Shown here one piece after another: positions 54,151 to 64,000 of a stretch of DNA of 64,000 bases (within the stretch, counting starts at the first letter, position 1; the number at the start of each line of letters is the position of its first letter). The DNA is from Sphagnum compactum. Its lineage: Eukaryota. Where the stretch lies: the NCBI GenBank assembly GCA_965153455.1, contig OZ234494.1:5890001-5954000 (forward strand). Reading direction: 5' to 3'. A program made the position numbers and the translations under genes. The notes under the pieces were generated by a model. That model was not told where the DNA came from, ran no database searches, and saw only the letters and a list, made by a program, of their open reading frames with translations.

Positions 54151-55849
54151 TGCCACATTAATAGGAGCCACACAATGCGTAAACATGATGTTTAGTTTTT
54201 GTGTCAAAAATAGTATTCATGCTGTAAGTATTTAATATATTTACATATAATGTTTATAATATGTTATGGAAATATGTGGTATATATATGGTTTGGAATGA
54301 ATTTTATAAAAATAAAATACTCAAAATCATTCAATAATCATTATCATTAAATTCATTTCTTGGGGGGATTTTTTAAACATGACATATTTTGGGGGAGGTG
54401 TTATAAAAAAATCACATAATAATATATTGCAACATCTTGTTAAATCATATTTGAATTATGATCCACACAAAAGGGGTTTTCATTCTGTTTACACTACAGT
54501 TGGTTCCTCATTAATCAATCAAGATTAAACCAAATTAATTAGGCTAACCCAACTTAGTGTTAAATTAATGACAATTTAATTGAATTATTAACATAACATA
54601 TTTGATAGTTGTTGTGCAATACCATGTTGGCACCTATCACTATGAGAAATTATGGCAATTAGAGTTTCAAAACAATTTATATACAATTACGTTACAACTC
54701 TCCCATGAAAATATACATAAAAAATCAGAAAATTGTATTATAGTAACAAAACAAACATCTATACATTAGAATGTACACACTATAAACACAATTCTAATCA
54801 ACCATGTTTGGCTTTGTTGGCAAGTTGCACTTTAGTAGCATGTGACAACTACATTACAACTAAAGTAAATGTAACACCCAATCATTGACTATTTTGCAAT
54901 TAGTGCATTACTTTGCACATATGATCATGCAAAGTGTATGCATTTCATTACCAATTACATATGACACTTTCAACTTATTTGTAACTAGTCAATATGACTC
55001 CTATTAATACAATTAATTGTGTTATTAGGTTGCCATTATATAAATACTACTTTTCCATTATTTTGCGACTGTTATTCAACTATTTTATTATTAACTTTTC
55101 ATTACATTATAATTCATAACATGATGTTACCTTATAGACCCATTATATCATATAATTTATTGAAGGTGAAATGAAAAAAATGTGTATATCGTATACAAAT
55201 TAAATTAAAGTTTACATTATATGGATCTGCCCTTATATACCTCAATGTCTTATACCTTAAACATCTAATTGTTCCATTGACCTTTCTGATTCCTTCAAAC
55301 CAATCTCAAGCCTATGGTTAATATATAAAAAATTTAAGATGAAATACAAAGGATAATTTTTTCCTTTTGACAACTAACGTTTAATAAACATGTAAACCAA
55401 AGTAATCAAATCAATCAAGCTAACATGTGTACAATTAGCATGCAATTAAATTTCAACTTGAAATTTGAAATTTGAAAATATGAAATTTGGGTGAGAAACC
55501 CTAAGCCAAGGTTATCAATGTCAACTTTGTCACGTCACATCAATCATGTCCATTTTGATGCCAATGTAACCATGCGTCACATCAGTTTAGGGTCAACCTA
55601 GGGTCAACTTATGTTGAGTACAATAATTTTCATATCAAGGGTAAAATAATAACCCCTATGCGCATAACACATGTGGATTATGTAAAAGAAACTACCGTGG
55701 GGACCAAACATGTGCACTTGTGGTTGATCATTTAAAATAACATTAAATGTTGCAACAAGAAAATTATATTTGATTTTGTTATAAAAAAAAGAGATATTAG
55801 TTATCCATCTACTTAATTGCATTGATCTCAATGGTTTGTGACATCAAGT

Positions 55850-56140
55850 AAATAATTATAGTTGTCCAGATTATGATTGAAATCCAGTTGCAATATATTT
55901 AACCTTATCCATGGATCAACGAGATTGTGACTGCCCATGTCGAAGGAGCTACCACCCTTGTCCAAGTAACAATTGTCCCTATCCAAGGAGTGTGACCGAA
56001 TTTGTCCACCTTTGTCCAAATAGTAATCGTCATCCAATGAATGCAACCGAATTTGTCCAGGTAGTAATTACCACTGTCCAAATAATGCGACTGAATTTCG
56101 TTCACCCTAGCAAGCGACTATGCTTGTCCAAGTTATTCTT
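55850..56140. repeat. Degenerate tandem repeat (ttgtcca(a/g)gtaata...accgaattt)
   Basis: ttgtccaa and ccgaattt motifs recur with irregular spacing; the minus-strand ORF 55828-56046 shows repeated YYLDK/HSLD peptides. Confidence 0.6.
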
Positions 56141-57769
56141 AAGAAAGGTGTTAATCAAATTTTGGTTATTTTGTGAAGAGGTGCCAACTGAATTTCGGTC
56201 ATTATTTGGATAGGCGATGATCAAATTTCGATCATGCTGAAATGGTGGGAAGCGTTGTTGTGATTAGTTTAAACTCATGTTCCTTGATGGTATTGAATTT
56301 GCATATAAATTGGCCACTACCATATTACACTAAAAGAAAAGTCTAAATTTACGATTGCAATTTGTAATAAAAAACAATTTATAACCAACATGTACAACTA
56401 AAATTTTATTAGTTGCATAAGTGAAGTGGCATGCAACATCTAGTTGCAAATGATGACTTAGCATGATGTCATCACATTCCGCATGGATGATGTATATGAT
56501 CAACATATACACTTTCATCTATTGACCATTCATATAAAATTTGCATCTATTCACCATTATTTGCAACTATGTTATAACCCGTTAAACAAAGTGCCATGTG
56601 GCAACGTAATATATTTTTTAGATTATGTTTTAAAATGACATATTGAATCTTCATCATCTATTTTGGATGGTGTTAAATCATGCCACATGGCACAATAAAT
56701 TTTTACCACGTAGCATGTTAATTAAATTTGGTCAAAATACATTTAAATCAATATTTGGGTAAGGGAGTAGGTAGGAAGGTAATTACGTAGGAAAAAAGGT
56801 AGGTAGGATTAGGTAGGTAGGTGGGTAGGTAAATGAAAAAGTAGGTACGTAAATATTTTACTTTTATTTTAGGTTTAGCTTGTAGGGTTAAGTGTCATGG
56901 ATGCCAATGCCATGGGGTTCATTCCTTTGAATGTTCATCCATAACTTGTATTGAATTGGTACTTAACTCTTAGTTTAATTTTAGTTCACTTTTAGTTAAA
57001 TCTTAATTCACTTCTAGTTAAGTTTGAATTAACTCCTAATTAATTCCAAGTAAACTTCGAGTTTAATTCCAGTTAAGTCCTAGTTAAATTCATGGTTAAC
57101 TCCAAGTTAATTTTTAGTTAAGTCCTAATTAATTTTTAATTAACTTTTAGTCAATTTTCAATTAGGAAGGTTTTGAAGAAACTTATTTATTTGATGCACG
57201 CATAGAATCCTCCTTGGAGTCTTCCTTGAGCTAGGTCCCTAAAGGGATATAAATGAAAATAAGACCTTTATTTTCTTTCAGTTTGTTCAACACCAATATT
57301 TAAGCATGATCTTACACCATAACCTTGTCATGTTATATTCATGTTCATGTTTGCATATGGTGGTATAATAAAGATTCGTTTTCACCTTTATTTTGCACAT
57401 CTTGTGTTTTTGTTTTTAGTTCTTGTGCTCTTGTTTTCAGCACATAATCTTGTTTTGTTCCTTATTTGAAAATTAGACTTAAACCTTTCTTTTAACATTA
57501 TTCTCATGGGTCTTTGTGTTTTTAATGTTAGGTTTTTTTCATTGGTTCATCCCAAATTACACATGTTTTTAATGTAAAAATATATACCAAAACACCTTTC
57601 TTATACATTTTTACAAAATGGAAATGGAAGACAAAACATATGGGATAATTTTTTTAGTTGTAATTTAATTTGCAACTAAGTTGAAACTAAATTGCAATTA
57701 AAAAATTTATCATATATATTTTGTTTTCTTTTTCAAGTTTGTAAACTATATATTTAATAGGTAATTTAT

Positions 57770-58520
57770 TAACTAACTAGAATAAATTAATTAACTAAAC
57801 ATTAAATGATTGCTTACCCACTTACCAACCTACCTACCACTTATTACCACCTACTAATTACTTAGTAACTAGTAGTAGCATAAACTACTTAAATTATTAC
57901 ATAAACTACTAAATTATTAAATATTAATAAACATGAATAATTAATATAATTAATAGATAATTAATTTAAATAAAAAATAATTAGTATATTATTACTCATA
58001 ATAATATTAATAATATTAATAATAATTTATTGTAATTATTATTTTTATCAGTAAAAATTTAAATGCTCTCATAATTTCATAATTACAATAAATTAATAAT
58101 TAGTTCAGCTCTATTAATATTAAATTATCTTATTCTGTTACTAGTAAAATAATAAATATCATATATTTTATAATATTTTTAAAAATTAAATTAATCATTA
58201 ATATTAAATTATTATTATTTTCTAGCCAACAATTTATTATTATTTATTAAGTAACAAACTAGTAGTAGCACAAATATTAAATTTATTGGATAATAATAAA
58301 TTTCAGTAATTAATGAATTTATTAAATAATTTAATTTTAAAATTTAAATATTTCTAATAAATAGTTATGTATCAATAAAAAGATCTATTATTATATATTT
58401 ATTATTAGTATTTTCTACTAATTATTACTATGAAATAATTAATTAATTTTTAATTAATAATAACTATTATTTATATTAAATATAGTAGGTAGTTCTACTT
58501 ATCTAATTATTTAACTAGTT
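57770..58520. repeat. Extremely AT-rich low-complexity tract
   Basis: Almost only A/T (taattaat and attatt variants), with ctagtagtagca repeated at about 57869 and 58259. Confidence 0.85.
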
Positions 58521-61500
58521 ACCTATCAACTTGCCTAACCTACATAGCCACAATATTTGCAAAATGTATATTGAATATGCCTTAAATATAATATAATTAA
58601 ATTCCTGAATATATAAATAATTACCTTTAATATATTCAATATATTCTAAAACACTTAAATATATATTGAAGGTAATATGTACGTCACATAGAAGTAACCA
58701 AGTTGCGATTATTTTTGTAATTAATTGGACATAGAAACCCCTCTTGAATGAAAAGTCAAAAAAATTAGTCATCATAGAAGGATGTAAAACCTTAGAGTCA
58801 CAAATTAATTACGCCATAGTCACAAGAAAAATAATAGATTGAAACGGATGGTGATTCATTATAAAATGACAAAACATAGTTACAATTGACAGTTAGTTTC
58901 ATATAGTTGCAAATTGAATGGTTGCATAATACAAAATTTCTTCTGATGTTATTTTATTATTTTTTCGACCTCTCTTTATGCCATGGTGTGGGTTCATAGT
59001 CGTTGATTGTTTTTGTAATCAATGTGAAGAACTTTGATGTAGCATGAGAGAGGTTGAAAAGAAGGGTGAGCAAAATACGTATTACAATGTTCCTTTGCCA
59101 TATTACCTTAACCTTGCATGATTGTGATTGGGTTGTAGCAAAATGAAGAGAAAATAAAAAATAAAAATGAAGGAATGAATTAAAAAAAAAATTAAAGTTA
59201 AAGGTTTTCTATGTTGTTTTGTTCACAAGGTTTTTAATTTTTTTTTCCTTTTTGATTTTGGGTATGCAATAAATATAAAAAAATAAACCTTGTTCTTCAG
59301 TGCTTATGGTATGCCAATGGTTAATGCAATATGGAGGTTATGGGATCAAAACATGTGTCGTGATGCAAAATGTTTTGCGCAAAACATTGGTGATGAAGAA
59401 CATCCAAATATTTTTAATTTAAATAAATTCTTGTTGAAATTTTCAAAAAACAATTGTGTCAAAACACATGAGATAAAAAGGGAGATATATATATTTGGGA
59501 CATGTTATGAGATAATAATAAAATATTTAAAAATATTGGATTAAAAAATTGAAAATATTTTAAAAATATTCTTAATAATCTAATTTCTAATGCAGCCTAT
59601 TTACTTTTAAAAGTAGCTTTTATGATAATAAAAAAATTCCTGTTTTCATTCTACACTTTTATTGTCTATCAGCTTGTGCAAACAACTGCATACTTTTTAA
59701 TACTCAATACCAAAGACATGTTGTTATCCATGTCACTGAGGCATCAAGAATCTCCCAAGAGCTATATGAAAACTGGGAAACATGCCAACTGCATGTATGG
59801 ATGTATGGATGTATGTATGTATGGATGGATGGATGTATGTATGTATGTCATGACCAACAGTGCTTTTTCTACTCTCTTGCCAGATGGTAGGCAGAGAGCA
59901 CCACCCTTGGTCATCACATTCTTTGATGCATGGGATTTGGTTTTCTTATAGAGGACCCTACAAGTCAAAGAAAGACAAAAATACACTGAAAAGCTCACCA
60001 AATTGGTGTGCCTGATGTTTAGGGGTTAAGTGTGCAGGGAAATTGTTACTGGGTGCCCAGTAACCTTTGTCACAAATTGTTTTCAGGTGCAGATCTTGAG
60101 TTATGAGGGGCTGTGCATGATAAAACAAGGTGGGGACTTGAATGTGATCTGGAGAGAGCTTCTGAATTCTAGGAAGGTATATATGTGTATATATATATAT
60201 ATCACTTCCCTGTTTTGATGTTCTATGTTGTGTGCCTGATTACTGGGAAGGTAGATTGTAGGTTCCTTAGAGCTTGCAAAGGATGGGTAGTCCACTGGTA
60301 TACACTATGTTAGGTTGTGTAGTGTAGCACCAATGTGACATTTTGCTTATTTTTCATGCCAATGTTTTTTACCCTGCAGTGAGGTGTTGAATCCAAGCTC
60401 AAAGGAAACATCCCTGGCCCTTCAGTCATTTTGGTGCTCCATGAGCAAACTTTGAGCACCAAAATGTTCCGACAAGCAGGAATATTCGAGAGGATTAACA
60501 TCAATACCACTCAGATTTTCACATGTCTGTATCAGAACTCAACCATCTGTTAAAACTTCAGCATCATGATACTGGCTGACATCACAAAGCACAAGCTTTC
60601 GCATTAAAACACATCAAGATACTTGCATTCTCTTGTTTACTTCCAGGCACAAAAAAATTACAGAATGGAGCTGTGTCACTGACAGCAATTCATCAGGCTA
60701 TTGCTCTTCAGGCTTCTTCTAAAATTGAGGTAAAACTAGTACTTGATGTCACACAAGTCATATACAGTAAATGTACACTACCCACCCTTCAAATTTGTCA
60801 AGGGGAAGAATAGTTCTTAACTCTGTATGTCAGCAGCATTAACAGTTCTGCACCAGACATTGGGTGCAGCCCAAAAATTCTACACACACAATTGTGTGGC
60901 AGTGACATCACTGCTCTGTTTCCTCTCATATCAATCCCTGTTCTCACTTCACTGCAAAAAAGAAAAAACCCAGACCTCAAGAATTTTTCAAGAGATATTA
61001 TCAAGAGATTTGAGAGAGGATTGTTTTATGACTTGAATGTTGTCGCTGTTGCCATTGTTGCAACATACTAAGTCCAGGCATCTCTGAGCTGCTGGCCAAT
61101 CCACAGTTCAATTGCAGGGACTGGAAGAATCACAGAGGGAGGAAAACAAAAATGCACACCCTCTGTGAATAGAATTACAAAATGCGATGATGCTCTTTGT
61201 AAAACCTGCTTAGCATCACAATCCTAGGTTTTTTGGTTTGCTGTGTAGCTTGCAATTTGAGATGATAATTCGGTTTCTTTCAATGCACTTGAAAAGCCAG
61301 CCATGAGCAACAGCTGCAGCACCACCACCAGCCCAGGCAAGGTCTCTGAGCACCTCGATGCAGTTCATGAAATACACAAGAATCTGCTTGACAATTGTGT
61401 CCTCAAACTGATGGGTAAGTAGCAATCGTGTTGGAAGAATGTATCGGGTGGAGACCACCTCAGACACCCCAAAAAAGAGGAAGAAATCGGACACCCTTTT

Positions 61501-61550
61501 GTGCCAACATTAAGCCAGCAACAAGAATCACATCATGGTTTATGTATGTA

Positions 61551-62474
61551 CTATGGTGTGGTTGGAGCAGACATGCCTATATCGGGCTCTGGGAAACTGA
61601 AATTGGCATCCATCGCCAAGGTGGCTGTGGGTGAAAATGTAGAGCTCATCCCAAACATACCAAAGCTTCCATAACCAGTGGGAGTGGGTAGTCCAAAGGG
61701 AATGGCAAATTTTGGAGACAAAGGAGGAGGAGCAGGAAATTGCCATGGTATGTGAGCAGCAGGGAAGGGATCCATGGTGGTTGAGAAATCGTTTCTGGAA
61801 ATAGAATAATTATTGCCTTCACCTGCAGCAGCACCTGCTGCTGCACTGTCTACTTGCTGCTGCTGCTGCTGTTGCAGCAGTCCGTCCTTGGGGAACTCCA
61901 GTGAGCTCCAGGTACTAGTGGCCCATACACTGTCACTTGGAGTCAATGCTGGTAGAGGAGAAAACGAGAGGGGAGACACTGGAAACGGCGAGACACGCTG
62001 GGTGGAATGAGGGGAGAATCCTCCAAAACGCAAAGGACTAAAACTTGGAGCAGCGGATGTGGGCAAGGGTTTTAAGAGGGCGGCAGCATTTGGGGGTTGT
62101 TGTTGAGGTAAACTTGGGTATGCAAAAGTGGGCCGCAACGGCGGAGGGGCAATCTTATGCAACCGCGAGACAGCAGGCTTAGTGGGTGTAGGGCCTGGGG
62201 CGGCGGGCGCTGCTGACAAAGCACCTCCCGAAGACGATGATGAAGGAGAAGTACCCGTTAGCTGTTGTACCAGAGACCTAAAATCACTGGGTTCTGTTTT
62301 GTATATGTGAGGCGCTGGTCGTGGCTGCGTCACTGGCCGTCGTAACCCCTTAGCTATCTTGCTGGAAGCTTTGTTTACCGCCAGAGGCCCGGCACTTCGT
62401 CCTCTCCCCCCACCCACCGCCACCTCTTCTACTCCTCCATCTGACACATCCATAGCCATAGGACCTCTTGACAT
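61551..62474 (-). CDS. VQ-motif-containing protein (intronless, Pro/Ser-rich)
   Basis: A 307-aa ORF with HIYKTEPSDFRSLVQQLTG (FxxxVQxLTG), a preceding VNKASSKIAK segment and a following SRLHKIAPPPL segment, as in plant VQ proteins of the IKU1/VQ9-like type. Confidence 0.92.
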   Translation of the reverse strand: MSRGPMAMDVSDGGVEEVAVGGGRGRSAGPLAVNKASSKIAKGLRRPVTQPRPAPHIYKTEPSDFRSLVQQLTGTSPSSSSSGGALSAAPAAPGPTPTKPAVSRLHKIAPPPLRPTFAYPSLPQQQPPNAAALLKPLPTSAAPSFSPLRFGGFSPHSTQRVSPFPVSPLSFSPLPALTPSDSVWATSTWSSLEFPKDGLLQQQQQQQVDSAAAGAAAGEGNNYSISRNDFSTTMDPFPAAHIPWQFPAPPPLSPKFAIPFGLPTPTGYGSFGMFGMSSTFSPTATLAMDANFSFPEPDIGMSAPTTP

Positions 62475-62578
62475 AACTACCTTTTCCCCCGTACTATCTA
62501 TGTCTGTCCCTCCCTCACTACTTCCTGCTTCCCAAATTCCAAACTCTTCCTCAATTCACAAACTTTTTCTTCTTCAAC

Positions 62579-62625
<47 letters not shown>

Positions 62626-63189
62626 TCTCCCGGGTCGTCGGTCTTCCCTCTCCTCCCGTCCCCTTTCCTTTTCAACTTCGTCACCCCCGCAAGACGATTT
62701 CGCTGCTACCCAAATCCCTGCAACAGTCAATCAATACTACCTGCCTGAATTCACCCCTGAAACCAGAGCAAAAACTTCAAAACCATACCGCTGTTTCTGG
62801 AGTAGAAATCACTTGCATAACAGATCAATTGCCCAGACACAGACACAGACTCTCCTCTTTCTCTGTCTGTCTCTCTCTGCCCTCTAACCAGCTCCACGCC
62901 GGTCAAAGCTGTGTCTTTGACTGCAACGCACATGCCAGTGCTCATGTATGCATCATCTCAAAGGCATCGCGACTTTGAGTGTTGGCGCCCGAGGGCCCGG
63001 CAGACGCCAAGTTCGTGGCCATGCAGCGTGGTCGCGCACGGGGAACGTGGGGCCGTTCAGGGCAGATCACGGAAGCGTGCGCGGCGGTCACATGCTGCCA
63101 GAGAGACGGACAACGCGGCCGCCGCACGGCTGCCGCTGCCGTGGCAACTCTTCTCCTCCTCACAGGAGAATTTCTACGCTATTTCGCAC

Positions 63190-63560
63190 AGTTTTTTTTT
63201 CTTTTTTTTCTTTTTCTTTTTCTTCCTTGGTTGCTTGGTAGGTAGGTATCTAAGTAACTATCTTTGTAACAAAACGTGTGACTTGAGCTATACCCACCCA
63301 CCTATGAGCCCTTTTCTTTCTTTTCTTTTCTTTTCTTTTCTTTTCTTGCTGGTTGCTTGGTAGGTAGGTATCTAAGTACCTGTCTTTGTAACCAAATGTT
63401 TGACTTGAGATATACTTACCTACTTACCACCCCTTTTCTTTTCTTTTTCTTTCATTTTCTTCCTTGGTTGCTTGGTAGGTAGATATCTAAGTACTTACCT
63501 TTGTAACTAAACGTGTGACTTGAGCTATACCTACCTACCTACCAACCTTTTTTCCCACTT
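63190..63560. repeat. Three copies of a unit of about 120 bp upstream of the VQ gene
   Basis: The pattern (T/C-rich)-ggttgcttggtaggtag.tatctaagta...tttgtaac.aaa.gt.tgacttgag.tatac.(t/c)acc occurs at about 63229, 63351 and 63466. Confidence 0.9.
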
Positions 63561-63594
63561 GTGGTGATTGAAAACCTCCAATATCATTTCTTTA

Positions 63595-63985
63595 AATCAC
63601 CTGGTGGTCACCAAGGGTTTCACATTTTAGATGTGCAAGGTCATTTGGTGGTTGCCAAGTGTTTTGTATTTTAGATGCATAAGATCGCTTGATAGTCATT
63701 AGGCGTTTCGCATTTTAGATATGTGAAAAATGCCTGGAGACCACTAGGTGTGTCGCACTTTAGACATGTTAGAATACCTCATGGTTGTTAAGCTTTTGCC
63801 ATTTTAAATGCGCAAGATCCTTTGGTGGCTGCCAGAGGTTTCCCTTTTTAGATGTGCAAGATCCCTTAGTGGTTGCTAAGGGTTTTGCATTTTAAATGTG
63901 CAAGATCCCTTAGTGGCCGCGACAAGTTTCACAAAAGATGTGCAAGATCCCCAAATGGTCGCCAAAGGTTTCGCACTTTAAACGA
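63595..63985. repeat. Degenerate minisatellite of about 44-45 bp, continuing toward the window end
   Basis: tttta(g/a)atgtgcaagatccc(t)t(a/g)gtggt(t/c)gccaa(g)ggttt(c)gca repeated about 8 times. Confidence 0.85.
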
Positions 63986-64000
63986 ACAAGAAGGCCTAGC

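Noticed and set aside
62911-63363. GC-rich plus-strand ORFs (88-150 aa)
   Set aside because: This is a GC-rich promoter-like island of the VQ gene running into T-rich repeats, and the peptides are low-complexity.

Overview
Intron-rich eukaryotic nuclear DNA from a land plant, most likely a bryophyte. Sphagnum-like is my inference from the gene set and repeat style, not a verified assignment. Gene islands alternate with AT-rich blocks of decayed transposons. Seven protein genes were reconstructed by hand from GT-AG splice sites: an Mdm35/TRIAP1-like protein (-, 3' end unresolved), a CPBP/CAAX-protease-family protein (-), a MurG peptidoglycan glycosyltransferase (+), a CMP-sialic-acid-transporter-like nucleotide-sugar transporter (+), a PAP2 lipid phosphate phosphatase (+), a RING-CH/RINGv membrane E3 ligase (-) and an intronless VQ-motif protein (-). 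Repeats include a decayed two-gene PIF/Harbinger element, Ty3/Gypsy relics, several minisatellites and telomere-like tracts. The most striking feature is the extremely tight head-to-head pairing of MurG with the CPBP protease gene: the candidate start codons are only 11-65 bp apart, and both proteins carry transit-peptide-like N-termini.
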